Shown here piece after piece: positions 1 to 10,599 of a DNA stretch of 64,000 bases. The stretch's first letter is position 1. Every line of letters starts with the position of its first letter. Location of the stretch: contig CAXXHB010000003.1 in NCBI GenBank assembly GCA_963664815.2, positions 3,904,001 through 3,968,000 of the forward strand, given 5' to 3'. The stretch is from Spirochaetota bacterium (GTDB lineage Bacteria; Spirochaetota; UBA4802; UBA5550). The position numbers were made by a program, and so were the translations under genes. A model generated the notes under the pieces. The model saw only the letters and a program-made list of their open reading frames with translations. It was not told where the DNA came from and did not search any database.

Positions 1-1
1 A

Positions 2-487
2 AAATATTTCAAACTCTGCCATGATAATGGTATTTCAAAAAGCAACGGATTTTACATTAAAGCTGTTGAGATGAGAAAGAAAAACCCCTCCGCCGCCATA
101 AATGAATTTAAAAAAGCAATAGAAATAAATCCCGCCCACATTGAGGCATATATCGGACTTGCAGATACATACAGGCAGAAAGGCTTCTATGATGATGCAG
201 CGGCAATTATGGAAGAATTGAAGAACAACAAGCCTGACTATGTGCTTGCATATATATACCTCGGTAATATTTATTATAACAACAAGCCTGGCATGAAACG
301 AAGAAAGTATTTTCTCACTTTATCCATACAGAATTATGAAAAGGCAATAGAACTTGATCCAGGCAATACAGACATATATTTCCAGCTTTCAGAAATCTAC
401 AGGCAGACAGGTAACCGGGATAAATCAGAGAAGCTTGAACTGAAAGGGCAGGAGTTACTTAAGAGTGAGAAGCAAATAACTCCTTAA
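2..487 (+). CDS. TPR-repeat protein (5' end outside window)
   Basis: Frame is open from position 2. TPR-like repeats (AIEINPAHIEAYIGLA, YEKAIELDPGNTDIYFQLS). Confidence 0.85.
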   Translation, partial: KYFKLCHDNGISKSNGFYIKAVEMRKKNPSAAINEFKKAIEINPAHIEAYIGLADTYRQKGFYDDAAAIMEELKNNKPDYVLAYIYLGNIYYNNKPGMKRRKYFLTLSIQNYEKAIELDPGNTDIYFQLSEIYRQTGNRDKSEKLELKGQELLKSEKQITP

Positions 488-694
488 CTGTTTAATTACA
501 GGTCAGATGTTTTCACACCAAATGATAAGTTTTAATATAAATTAAGAGACCATACTATCTGCAAGATCCATCCTTGAAAGCAAGAGTTTCCCCGGTTAAT
601 TTTCTTTCATCATTTTAATACTAAATAAAACAAAACGCCAGGACTTGCCAGTATTCACGCCGATAAATTAATGAACATCACCACCATTACGACA

Positions 695-3172
695 TTATTC
701 TATAATCACCAATTCTTCCATGTCAAGCCTGTACTGGTTCAACTTGATTATCCGTACACCTGAACTATGAATATCCGAAATGCCAGTTATCCCCGAAAGA
801 AATTCGTCAATCCTTACAGATGATTCCTTTCCTGTGTAAAGTACAAGTCTGATAGACAGGTCTTCAACAACGTATGAGTTTAATATTTCATTCAGGGGAT
901 ACTCCTGTTCTCCTTTTTTCCCTTTTTTAATAAACGATATCCGGCTTTTCAGAAAAGCTGAAGCTGAAGCTGATATGGTTTCATCTTTAAACACCGCTTT
1001 ATATTCAACGGCATTTGTCAATGCCATTATTGTTATGCTTCTCTCCCGTTCCCGGACACTTTTCACTCTCAGGAATTCCGGTAGCCTGGAATCTATCTTT
1101 GCCGGGAGTTCCGCAATCTCATCAGCAGAGAGTGAACAGTAAAGCTCGACATCAACAATCTCTGAAAGAGTCTCCACACCCAGAGGCACAGGGTATCCGC
1201 AGGCAATTTTTTCCCGTTTGTTAAATCCCTGTGTAAAAGAAACCGGAACACCAGCCATCCGGAATCCCCTTTTAATAATTTCGTTGAAGTCTATGTGTCC
1301 GATATATTTTCCGTTTCCCGTTTTAGAAAATACAAACCGAAGTATCTGCACTGTAGGATATTTCAGTTCAAAACTACTGAGTACCAATTTATATTTTTCC
1401 GTATCCAGCTCTTCGGTGTATCTTTTCTCCGGCTGACGATACTTTTCTATGTCAAGCTCTCTACCGCGCATTGCATTCACAGCCTTTTCACCTGCAGTTT
1501 CAATCACTTGCCAGGGGTAGGACACCCCAAAGTCTCTCTCTTCAAAGTAATTCTCCCATGTCGGAATATTTTTTTCTATGCTCCCCATCCAGGCGTCAAA
1601 CCTGAAGTATTCATGCCATGAATCGAGTCTTGCACCTTCACGGTATGCATCATAGATAGCGCTTCCCATCCTGGTGTCCCCTCTTGCAAGGAGTCCTTCA
1701 AGGAATGAAGATCGGACATCATGGTTCTTTATAGTAACCTGCCGTGGAGAGGCTGACTTGACCCTTCTTATAACTTCGTGAAAGTATTCCATGCTCATCT
1801 GTTTTTCGTGGTCAAATGGAGTATGAGGCTTAGGTACAAAGGGTGATATTGTCACATTTATATCCTTTTTCCCTCTCCCCTTTTTAACAATTTCTTTAAG
1901 AAGAACAATAATCTCTTCTGCTTCATCAACTTTATCGCAGCCTGGAAGTCCAATCATGAAATAGAGTTTTATCATCCTCCATCCGTGGTTGAACACGTAA
2001 TCAACTATATCGAAAAGATCTTCTCTCCGTACTTTTTTATTTGATTTACTGCGCAATTCATCCGATGCCGACTCTACAGCAAATGTCAGAGAACTTTTTC
2101 TCAGGTTAGAAACTGTTTCAATGATGGGCAGAGTATTCCTGTCAACCTTCAGCGATGGTAGCGCAATTGACACTCCACGTTCTGTCAGCTCGGGAAGAAC
2201 TTTGTTTAAAAGCTTAACTATATGCTTATAGTCGCTCACGGACAGAGCGGTGAGTGTAATTTCATCGTAACCGGTATTATCCAGCTGCATAAAAATATCA
2301 TGCGCCGATTTCTCGCAGCTGAATGGCCTGTATGGGAGGCTATAGTAACCTGCGTGACAGAATTTGCAAAGGTTTGAACATCCGCGCGCCAGTTCAATCA
2401 CCGCACGTTCCTGCGAAATCCTTATTGAAGGGACAAGAGGTTTAACGGGTGAAAAACATCCGGCGGCATCTACAGAAACTTTACTAACCCTTCTGAAACC
2501 TGATAAATCCGAGCTGATACCCGTATAACTGAAATTATAATCGGATGATATCAGAACTCCGTTAATTTTCTTCATCTCGTCAAGTATTGCACCTCTTGAG
2601 GTTATTCCATTTTTTTTGCAGATGATAAGAGTCTCCACTATTTCAGGAAATCCGTTCTCCCCGTCTCCTGTAAAAAAAATATCAACAAAATCGGCATATG
2701 GGAAAGGATTCGAAACGGCCTCACCACCGGCTATAACAAACGGATCGGAGTCTTTTCTATCTCTCCGAAGCATAGGTATTCTGCCCAGATCAAGCACCTG
2801 AAGCATATTCGTTGCAAGGAGTTCATGTGAAAGGTTAAAACCCACTGCGTCGAGATCACAAAGTGGAGTATACGTCTCCAGCGTATATAGCGGGATGTCT
2901 CTTCTGCGAAGTTCACCTTCAAAATCCGGCGCCACGGCAAATACTCTTTCACATGCGGCAATCTCAATCCTGTTTGCCGCGTCATATAATATCTTTATCC
3001 CGTTATTGGACATACCTACCTCGTACAGATCGGGATACGAAAGAGCAACGCGCACATACGCGTCAGACTTTACAGTCATATTAAGTTCATTGCCGAAATA
3101 CCTTGCAGGCTTCTGAACAAGGTGGAGAAATCTACCCAGGTTCTCTTTTATATTTACGTTGTTCATTGTCAA
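695..3172 (-). CDS. TIGR03960-family radical SAM protein fused to a TIGR03936/DUF2344 radical SAM-linked domain
   Basis: KPARY.G.E, YPDLYEVGMSN, CxxxCxxC (RGCSNLCKFC), KLYFMIGLP and FVPKPHTPF; C-terminal F.K.G..KYIGH.D...R and GFN motifs. Start is TTG 3172 overlapping the rsmA stop, or ATG 3166. Confidence 0.92.
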   Translation of the reverse strand: MTMNNVNIKENLGRFLHLVQKPARYFGNELNMTVKSDAYVRVALSYPDLYEVGMSNNGIKILYDAANRIEIAACERVFAVAPDFEGELRRRDIPLYTLETYTPLCDLDAVGFNLSHELLATNMLQVLDLGRIPMLRRDRKDSDPFVIAGGEAVSNPFPYADFVDIFFTGDGENGFPEIVETLIICKKNGITSRGAILDEMKKINGVLISSDYNFSYTGISSDLSGFRRVSKVSVDAAGCFSPVKPLVPSIRISQERAVIELARGCSNLCKFCHAGYYSLPYRPFSCEKSAHDIFMQLDNTGYDEITLTALSVSDYKHIVKLLNKVLPELTERGVSIALPSLKVDRNTLPIIETVSNLRKSSLTFAVESASDELRSKSNKKVRREDLFDIVDYVFNHGWRMIKLYFMIGLPGCDKVDEAEEIIVLLKEIVKKGRGKKDINVTISPFVPKPHTPFDHEKQMSMEYFHEVIRRVKSASPRQVTIKNHDVRSSFLEGLLARGDTRMGSAIYDAYREGARLDSWHEYFRFDAWMGSIEKNIPTWENYFEERDFGVSYPWQVIETAGEKAVNAMRGRELDIEKYRQPEKRYTEELDTEKYKLVLSSFELKYPTVQILRFVFSKTGNGKYIGHIDFNEIIKRGFRMAGVPVSFTQGFNKREKIACGYPVPLGVETLSEIVDVELYCSLSADEIAELPAKIDSRLPEFLRVKSVRERERSITIMALTNAVEYKAVFKDETISASASAFLKSRISFIKKGKKGEQEYPLNEILNSYVVEDLSIRLVLYTGKESSVRIDEFLSGITGISDIHSSGVRIIKLNQYRLDMEELVIIE

Positions 3173-4011
3173 TTTCTGATAACTCCCTCTGCGAGATTGA
3201 TAAAGTCATACAACGAGAGTTTTTCCCCTCTCATCTCAGGATTAATTCCACAGTTTTTAAGTATATTTTCAACTACATCTCTCTTTAGTTCAAGATGCGG
3301 CGAATCGGTTAAAGATTTAAGAAGAGTCTTCCTCCTCCCCCAGAATACTGATTTCACAACAAGATGAAAAATCTCTTCATTCCCGGGAGTGATAAAATAT
3401 CTCTCTTTTCTCTGAAGTTGCAGAAAAGAAGACTTTACATCCGGTTTCGGATAGAATGATTCACCTGCAATATGAAAAAGTATTTTTGAATCAAAATAAT
3501 ATGAAAGAGTAACTGTGAGAGCGCCGTAATTTTCACTCCCCGGCTTTGCAGCAACTCTCTCCGCCATTTCCTTCTGCATCATGACAAAGATTCTCTCCGT
3601 TTTGAAGTTCTTTGCTATACGAAAAAGGATTTCTGACGCGCAATAATAGGGGAGATTTGAAACAATAACATCAAAGCTGTCACCTATATCGGCCTTTAAA
3701 AAATCATCATGAATAATCTTAACATTATTTTTTAAACCTGATTTCTCTCCAGCATTAAAAATATCCAAGAGATACCTTACAAAACCTGAATCAATCTCAA
3801 CAGCAGTATAAAACCTGGCCCTTCTGGAAAGAGGTATTGAAATTGAACCAAGTCCCGGACCTATCTCGAGTATGCTCTTATCCTCAGGGGAACATAAATC
3901 AACTATCCTCCCGATAACATCGTCGTTTATCAGAAAATTCTGTCCGAATTTCCTGTTGGGAGCCAGTCCGTAGTCCCTGGTAATTTTTATTATATCACTC
4001 TTATTCATCAA
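3169..4011 (-). CDS. rsmA: 16S rRNA m6,2A dimethyltransferase RsmA/KsgA
   Basis: GQNFL, LEIGPGLG, VEID, SNLPY, MMQKEMAER, FYPKPDVKS and RRKTL motifs. Confidence 0.97.
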   Translation of the reverse strand: MMNKSDIIKITRDYGLAPNRKFGQNFLINDDVIGRIVDLCSPEDKSILEIGPGLGSISIPLSRRARFYTAVEIDSGFVRYLLDIFNAGEKSGLKNNVKIIHDDFLKADIGDSFDVIVSNLPYYCASEILFRIAKNFKTERIFVMMQKEMAERVAAKPGSENYGALTVTLSYYFDSKILFHIAGESFYPKPDVKSSFLQLQRKERYFITPGNEEIFHLVVKSVFWGRRKTLLKSLTDSPHLELKRDVVENILKNCGINPEMRGEKLSLYDFINLAEGVIRN

Positions 4012-4383
4012 TTTTAACTATAGTCTATATCTTAATTTCACTTATTCACTTTTTTATCCCTTACATGTAAAGAAAGATTTATATAGAACAACATAAAACA
4101 GCCCTTATTATGTTTCCTGAAACAAAAAACCTTAAAATCTTACTTAATAAATAACGAAAATATTTTTAAAAAATGAAATAAAAAAAAACTTGTATTGAAA
4201 TTATAATTATTTTCTTATACAATATTTTAAACATAGCAAATTACAAATCATGATTTAATAATGGTTATAAAAGGGATCCGGTACTCCTTTCTGATACTTA
4301 ATTTTATCATGAAAAAAGGAAATGTTAATTCAGTTATATTACTAATATGCCTTTAGATTATTGAATACAATGATAGAGGAAAT

Positions 4384-6228
4384 ATGGAAAAAGAGACAAA
4401 AATATCAAGAAAAACTTATAAAATTACTTATAAAAATACAACTATTAAAAATAAGATAATTTATGGGACAGTTATTACTATCATTACAACAACATTGATT
4501 GGAACGATTCTTTCAATGAATGATATTAAAGATGTCGCTCGTGAGGGGCTTGTCCAGCACGTTAGGGCTGTAAAAGCAATGGGAGAGGCAGTTCTTCAGC
4601 AGACATCCCAGAACTGGGAAAGCAATATGTTTGATACTGCAGCCGTAAAAAAGAATATGAATAATAAAGACTACTCAATTATTCCCATTGTTTCAACTTT
4701 CAACGCAATCAAAAAAGCAGGTGAAAATACTATTTTCAAATTCAGAACACCTGTTGTTAATCCAAGAAACATCGCAAATAAGGCATCCGGGGAAGATCTT
4801 AAAATATTTGAAAAACTGAAAAATGAGAATCTCAAAGAATATTATTTCATAGATCACGAAACAGAACAGTTTCATTACTATCAGACATTAAGAATGAGTG
4901 ACCACTGCATCAAATGTCATGGCGATCCGGCTCTTTCAGAAAAACTCTGGGGAAATAAAGAGGGACTGGATTTTACCGGAAGGAAAATGGAAGGATATAA
5001 AATAGGGGATTTTTACGGTGCTATGGTTCTTACATACAAGCTTGATGCACTTTCTCCAACGCTTGTAAGAGATCTGATTATAAATAACATTCTTTATTTT
5101 CTTATATACTGTGTCGGCATAGGAATAATTATTTTCATTATTAAAAAATCCCTGCGTCCGCTTGACGATATAGCAATGGCTCTTGAAGATATAAGTAAGG
5201 GCGAAGGAGATCTTACACGTAAAATTGATATTAATGCCCACAATGAAGTCGGACATGTCGCCGGGCTTTTCAACCAGCTTATGGAACAGCTTGCCGGCAT
5301 GATAAAAACTATAATAAATGCATCCAACCATATCGCTCATTCTTCAATTGAAATGACAAACTCAAGCGGGTCACTTGCTAATGTGGCACAGGAACAGGCT
5401 GCCTCCATTGAGGAAACATCTTCAGCAATGGAGGAGATCAAGGCAACAATAGACTCTGTATTTGACACGACAAAAGCCCAGGCTTCCAGAGCCGGCGACA
5501 ACAAAGTGCTTATGGAATACCTCTCGGAATCAATCAATAAGATCAATAAAACAGCACAGAGCGCAAGCCGCATGGCCGATGACACTTACAAATACGCCAT
5601 TGACGGGGAACAGGTTCTCGGTCAGACCGTTGAAGGCATGAAAGAGATTAATGAGAGTTCAAGCCGCATAACCGATTTTGTCAGCATCATAAACGATATA
5701 TCCGACCAGATAAACCTGCTGTCTCTGAATGCGAGTATTGAAGCGGCCAGGGCAGGCGATCATGGGAAAGGTTTTGCCGTTGTCGCGGAGGAGATCGCAA
5801 AACTTGCAGAGCAGACTGCAGGGAGTACGGGTGAAATTAAAAAGCTGATTCTTGAATCCAATAACAAGGTAGAGTCCGGGTCGCAGCTGGTGGCAAAAAC
5901 TGCTGAATCGCTGAGGCTTATTATTTCCAACGTTAAAAATACAGCTGAACTGATGGAACAGATTGCAAAATCATCTGTTGAACTCGACGAAAGCAGCAAA
6001 AAAGCGGCAGGAAATGCCAAAGAAGTAAACAGGATGTCCGAGGAAATTTCAACCATGATGCAGGAACAGAGTATAAGCAGTAACGAAATAATCAAGGCAA
6101 TAGACAGGATCAATGAAGTAACTCAGAGTGTCGCAAGCGGATCAGAAGAACTTGCCGCAAGTTCGGAAGAATTATCTTCTCAGTCTGAACTATTGAACGA
6201 TCTTGTTAAAAAATTTAAAATAGAATAA
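4384..6228 (+). CDS. Methyl-accepting chemotaxis protein with periplasmic c-type heme (DUF3365/Tll0287-like) sensor and HAMP domain
   Basis: Two TM segments flank NPRN..N and CIKCHG (CxxCH); HAMP (GEGDLT..I....NEVG); signalling hairpin [39 protein letters not shown]. Confidence 0.93.
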   Translation: MEKETKISRKTYKITYKNTTIKNKIIYGTVITIITTTLIGTILSMNDIKDVAREGLVQHVRAVKAMGEAVLQQTSQNWESNMFDTAAVKKNMNNKDYSIIPIVSTFNAIKKAGENTIFKFRTPVVNPRNIANKASGEDLKIFEKLKNENLKEYYFIDHETEQFHYYQTLRMSDHCIKCHGDPALSEKLWGNKEGLDFTGRKMEGYKIGDFYGAMVLTYKLDALSPTLVRDLIINNILYFLIYCVGIGIIIFIIKKSLRPLDDIAMALEDISKGEGDLTRKIDINAHNEVGHVAGLFNQLMEQLAGMIKTIINASNHIAHSSIEMTNSSGSLANVAQEQAASIEETSSAMEEIKATIDSVFDTTKAQASRAGDNKVLMEYLSESINKINKTAQSASRMADDTYKYAIDGEQVLGQTVEGMKEINESSSRITDFVSIINDISDQINLLSLNASIEAARAGDHGKGFAVVAEEIAKLAEQTAGSTGEIKKLILESNNKVESGSQLVAKTAESLRLIISNVKNTAELMEQIAKSSVELDESSKKAAGNAKEVNRMSEEISTMMQEQSISSNEIIKAIDRINEVTQSVASGSEELAASSEELSSQSELLNDLVKKFKIE

Positions 6229-6233
6229 TTTAC

Positions 6234-6269
6234 ATTAGTAAGGGACGACTATAGCCGTCCCTTACTAAT
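6234..6269. terminator. Bidirectional intrinsic terminator
   Basis: Perfect 14-bp stem ATTAGTAAGGGACG/CGTCCCTTACTAAT between convergent genes. Confidence 0.85.
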
Positions 6270-6297
6270 AATTTATTAATATCTTTATAACAATCCC

Positions 6298-6594
6298 TCA
6301 ATCGAGCATATGGCCGTCAAGATGTAAAAGCTGAAAGCATTTCAGAATATGGTTATTATAGTTTTTTATTAAGAAGGAACGACCTCCAATTGAAAGTCTG
6401 GTCTTAAATCTTACTATTGCTGACAAAAACATTGAATCCACAGCATCAAGGTTTCTCATGTCAAAAACAAGATTCCTGTGATCGTTTCTGATAAAAACTT
6501 CAACATGTTCCTCCAGGAGCTTTATATGAGGGAAAATATCCAGTTCCTTAATCACATAGATTCTTTCATCTTCTGTTTCTATTGTTTCAAACAT
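6298..6594 (-). CDS. STAS-domain anti-sigma-factor antagonist
   Basis: LVFDMRNLDAVDSMFL (phosphorylatable Ser motif), about 98 aa from ATG 6594; the ORF track extends to 6657. Confidence 0.8.
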   Translation of the reverse strand: MFETIETEDERIYVIKELDIFPHIKLLEEHVEVFIRNDHRNLVFDMRNLDAVDSMFLSAIVRFKTRLSIGGRSFLIKNYNNHILKCFQLLHLDGHMLD

Positions 6595-6864
6595 AATCTC
6601 AACTTTTAAATATTTATTCCTTAACTGACAGCGAGAATAGTAATATACTATCGTCACTGGCAGTTAAGGAATTTAAAGTCTGTTTTCTATATAGTTATCT
6701 AATTTCACATATAAAAAATGACCCTGAAAAAATTATACCAGTTTTGTAAGAAAAAGCAAGACATCTGCTGACATATCAGTGAAAGACCATAAAAAAAGAA
6801 AAAAATCCTCTTCTGACAATTATTATCTGTTATAAACAGTCGTAAAAATCAATTCTCAGCCTGT

Positions 6865-7386
6865 TTATATGTCCACAAGATTTAATTTAAATTTTTTCCC
6901 GTTTTCAACATAGTGTTTTGCCCCGGCCTGGATAATTTTTATTTCATTTTCAGTTATTTCTCTTACTATTTTCCCGGGTGATCCCATTACAACAGAGCCG
7001 TCGGGAATAATCATTCCTGATTTTACAAAGGAGTTTGCTCCGATCATACAGTTTTTACCTACTACAGCATCATCGAGAACTACAGAGTTTATACCGACAA
7101 GAGAATCATCCCCTATAATACACCCGTGAAGCATGACCAGATGCCCTACCGTAACACCTTTCCCTATAACAAGCCTGTTCCATGCCTCTGCATGAAGCAC
7201 ACACCCGTCCTGGACATTACTCTCATCACCAACAATAATTATACCGCTATCAGCCCTGATTACCGCGTTAAACCAGACGCTTGCAGAGTGACCAATCTCC
7301 ACATCACCAATTACGTGCGCACTTTCCGCAATATAGTATTCATCGCTTTTAAAACGAACCCGTTTTTCTCCAAGATTATATATCAT
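6865..7386 (-). CDS. Gamma-carbonic anhydrase family (YrdA/PaaY-like) hexapeptide-repeat protein
   Basis: VIGDVEIG, SVWFNAVIRAD, SNVQDGCVLH, VTVGHLVMLHGC. RBS GGAGG. Confidence 0.95.
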   Translation of the reverse strand: MIYNLGEKRVRFKSDEYYIAESAHVIGDVEIGHSASVWFNAVIRADSGIIIVGDESNVQDGCVLHAEAWNRLVIGKGVTVGHLVMLHGCIIGDDSLVGINSVVLDDAVVGKNCMIGANSFVKSGMIIPDGSVVMGSPGKIVREITENEIKIIQAGAKHYVENGKKFKLNLVDI

Positions 7387-7625
7387 AAGGCCTCCATGAA
7401 TTTATATTCTGTATATCTGATATTGAAAATGGCAGCAGCAATAAAGTGAATAAGCTAAGCAAATTCATTACTCTGAACTTTTCTGTAAAACGACTATTTT
7501 AAACATTAATTCGATAATTTAAAATCAGAACTATAAAAAAATCGATAAAAAAAGATACAGGTTAAAAAAAAATAAAATGGACATCATACAACGTTTAAAA
7601 TTTAATTAAAATCGGTTAATTAAAG

Positions 7626-7841
7626 ATGAAAAGATATGATATACTTCAGGAAATATTTAACAAAGCAGGAACTGACAAGTTCATAACGCTTTATGAACTT
7701 GAAACAGAAACAGGCCTATCCGGCTCTGATCTACGACCCTTGCTTGAAGATTTAAAAGAGGAAAGCCTTGTAATTGAGCATTCTGAAGGTTTCCAGATTT
7801 CTGAAAACGGATTACATTTCTGCAAAAGCCGTTGGGTCTAG
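7626..7841 (+). CDS. Small winged-helix-like hypothetical protein
   Basis: 71 aa with an HTH-wing pattern (LYELETETGLSGSDLRPLLEDLKEESLV...GFQISENG). Confidence 0.65.
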   Translation: MKRYDILQEIFNKAGTDKFITLYELETETGLSGSDLRPLLEDLKEESLVIEHSEGFQISENGLHFCKSRWV

Positions 7842-7910
7842 AAGAATTATCAGAATCACCTGTCTTTATATACACCATGGGTCAAAGCCCAATGAATCAG
7901 GGAGGTTAAT

Positions 7911-8378
7911 ATGCCGGTAGAATGGCTGTCAGAAGAAAAATGTAAGAAAATGCTTGGGCATCAGGTTTATGGAAGAATTGCAACATCGGGAAAGGATAAT
8001 ATCCCCTATATTACACCGGTAAATTACACCTATGCAAACAATGCAATTTACATACATTGTGCCCTCAGAGGAAGAAAACTGGATAATATTGCGAACAATC
8101 CCTCTGTTTGTTTTGAGATAAGCGCACCGGGGAATCTTTACATTGCTGAAAAAGCCTGCGGTTTCAGCATGAGGTATTGGTCAATACTGGTAGAAGGAAA
8201 AGCAGAACTGGTGTCTTCCCCGGGAGAAAAGAGAGATGCAATGAATTTTATCATGAGTAAATACGGCAAAGGATTTGAATATACCGATCCGACTGATGAC
8301 GACCTTGCCAGGGTTAATATATTGAAAATAAACATCGGAAGTATCAGCGGTAAAATGGGAATTGATCCGGAGGTATAG
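7911..8378 (+). CDS. Pyridoxamine 5'-phosphate oxidase-like flavin-binding protein (NimA/Pyridox_ox_2 family)
   Basis: GRIAT, PYITPVNY, IYIHCA..GRKLDNI..NPSVCFEI, YWSILVEG. RBS GGAGG. Confidence 0.92.
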   Translation: MPVEWLSEEKCKKMLGHQVYGRIATSGKDNIPYITPVNYTYANNAIYIHCALRGRKLDNIANNPSVCFEISAPGNLYIAEKACGFSMRYWSILVEGKAELVSSPGEKRDAMNFIMSKYGKGFEYTDPTDDDLARVNILKINIGSISGKMGIDPEV

Positions 8379-8595
8379 GACAGATTCCATCTTTATATAA
8401 TTTTATTGTCTGAACACAAGTATAAGATGCACGGATTAAGAGATATTTTGCCTGCACTCGATGTTGTTAATCATTAAATCATATAATCGTGTTCGGACAT
8501 TCACTCCTCAAATCTTCTAAAAAACATTTATTATGTAACAGTTAATTAATTCATCATACATATTTATATTCACCATAAAAGCGGTGGAGGTAAAT

Positions 8596-8790
8596 ATGAA
8601 GAACGAAAATGTTAATATAAATGATAACCCTATTCTTTCCGGAATTCCAGTGGAGTTTGAAAGTGACGAGCCGTGGAGAAAGGTAAGGTTTTCATGCTCT
8701 GGTGCCGGACGGATTGAAAAGAATTTCGATCTGAAACACCTGAAGTTCATGATAAAAGATAAAGATGATAATTCAGATTATGAAAACTGA
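8596..8790 (+). CDS. Small hypothetical protein (64 aa)
   Basis: GGAGG RBS 5 nt before ATG 8596; fills the gap up to the convergent ABC ATPase gene; no family recognised. Confidence 0.6.
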   Translation: MKNENVNINDNPILSGIPVEFESDEPWRKVRFSCSGAGRIEKNFDLKHLKFMIKDKDDNSDYEN

Positions 8791-8800
8791 CTTAACAGAT

Positions 8801-9595
8801 CTATTCAAGGGAGGAGTACAATCTCTCTCCTCTCCTGAATACTTCCAAACCTCTGTTGAACAGAGAGCTGAATATTTTCTTTTCGATAGCTTCATCAATT
8901 GTACCCGTAAAAAAGCACTTCCCATCGTCAATTACAAATATCCTGCTGAAAACTGGTGTGATTTCCTCAACATGGTGAGTAACATAAATTACTGAGTGGC
9001 CTCTTCCTTGCATTATATTTTCAAGCGACTTTAAAAAATCCTCCCTTGCGCATATGTCAAGGCCGGTAGCGGGCTCATCAAGTATCAGTATATCGGGGTC
9101 GTTTATCAGGGCACGCAGCATCAGAACCTTCTGTTTTTCACCGTCAGAGAGGTGTCCTATCACGTCATTTTCTCGTCCGGCAAGCCCGGTCTCTTCAAGC
9201 AAAGAATGGGCTTTCAGAATTTCCGCCTCAGTTGGTTTCCTGTACAATCCTATAGATGCGTAAAGACCGCTTAGAACTGTATCGATAATTCTTTCATTAC
9301 GTTCAAACTTCTCTCGAAGTACGGAGCTTAAATAGCCTATACGTTTCCTGATTTCCCTTATGTCCGTGCCGGGCTGTCTGCAACCGAACCTTGTCACCTT
9401 CCCCTCTGTCTGGAAGAGGTAGCCTGTTATTATCTCCAGCAGTTTTGTCTTGCCGGATCCATTTCTTCCGAAAAGAATCCAGCTCTCACCTCTGCCGATA
9501 TTCCAGTTTATATTTGAAAGTATTCTTCTTTCAGCGCCGTATATGTCGAGCGATACATCTTCAAGGTTTATCATGGCATTTTTCCCTAATGACAC
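8801..9595 (-). CDS. ABC transporter ATP-binding protein (YlmA/ModF-like), no adjacent permease
   Basis: Walker A GRNGSGKT, signature LSDGEKQ, Walker B ILILDEP, VTHH. Confidence 0.92.
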   Translation of the reverse strand: MSLGKNAMINLEDVSLDIYGAERRILSNINWNIGRGESWILFGRNGSGKTKLLEIITGYLFQTEGKVTRFGCRQPGTDIREIRKRIGYLSSVLREKFERNERIIDTVLSGLYASIGLYRKPTEAEILKAHSLLEETGLAGRENDVIGHLSDGEKQKVLMLRALINDPDILILDEPATGLDICAREDFLKSLENIMQGRGHSVIYVTHHVEEITPVFSRIFVIDDGKCFFTGTIDEAIEKKIFSSLFNRGLEVFRRGERLYSSLE

Positions 9596-9778
9596 TGTAA
9601 ATAAACAACGGCAGATAGTTCAAGTAAATAGTATAAAATATTGATCATTTATTTTCAATAGCCTGCTACATAAACTATTCAATGACAGCTGTGAAGATAT
9701 TTACAGGGACATAATAAGATAATTTACATTGACTTTGTCTTTAGAGGATACTTTTTTCACTCAACATTTATACGGAAA

Positions 9779-10522
9779 TTAAATCTCAATCTCCATAAGA
9801 TCTGCTGCAGCAAAAGAGCAGGAGAAGATTTTCTGCACAACGTATTCGGATTCTTTTCTCTTTTCAGCAGTGAGGTATCTTGATGCATCAAAATGCGTAA
9901 GCGCAAGTCTTTTAGTTCCCGACTCCATAGCAATACGCGCCGCTGTTTCAGGATTAAGATGAGGCCAGTCATTATCCTCATGACCCGGAAGAAAAGAACA
10001 TTCAGCAATAAGAAGATCCGAATTCCGTCCCAGTTCAACTGCGTTTTCACAGTAACCTGTATCAATGCATGAGGCCACAATACGGCCATCAAGATTTATT
10101 CTGTATCCCAGACATGGATCGGAATGTACCAGAGGGAGAAATTCCACTTTAAAAGGTATTCTGCTGATATCGAGCGGGAATTCCAGTACTTCTGCTTTGT
10201 ATTTAAGTTCCCTGAATGGAACAGTAAAGGGCCTTCTGACCAGCTGATCTATTACGGCACGTGTCCCGGCCTGTCCTGCGATATAAAGCCCGCTGCTGCA
10301 ATTTATCTTCGAAAGGCCATGAAGCCCGATAATATGATCCATGTGGAAATGGCTCAGGAACAGATAAACAGGTTTTGTGCCGTCGATATATTTATCGAGT
10401 CTGAAAAAACCGTTTCCGGCATCAAACACAATGTCATAGTCAGCAGACTGCAGAAGTGTACATAACGTGCTTCCGGTCTCAGAATCAAACCATCCGTTTG
10501 TACCCAGAAATACAGCTTTCAT
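9779..10522 (-). CDS. MBL-fold metallo-hydrolase, RNase Z/BN-like
   Basis: FLGTNG, FDAG, SHFHMDH, ECSF, PHL, LTHF; likely start MKAVFLG at 10522. Confidence 0.9.
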   Translation of the reverse strand: MKAVFLGTNGWFDSETGSTLCTLLQSADYDIVFDAGNGFFRLDKYIDGTKPVYLFLSHFHMDHIIGLHGLSKINCSSGLYIAGQAGTRAVIDQLVRRPFTVPFRELKYKAEVLEFPLDISRIPFKVEFLPLVHSDPCLGYRINLDGRIVASCIDTGYCENAVELGRNSDLLIAECSFLPGHEDNDWPHLNPETAARIAMESGTKRLALTHFDASRYLTAEKRKESEYVVQKIFSCSFAAADLMEIEI

Positions 10523-10599
10523 ATAATTATCTCTTTTTTTTATTTTACTCCTGCAGTATCCAGATCCATCCGACAGGTTGGCAATTTCCATAGATTTAG

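Noticed and set aside
4012-4383. c-di-GMP riboswitch upstream of the MCP
   Set aside because: No GGCAAA/GACGCAAAG core; just an AT-rich divergent promoter region.
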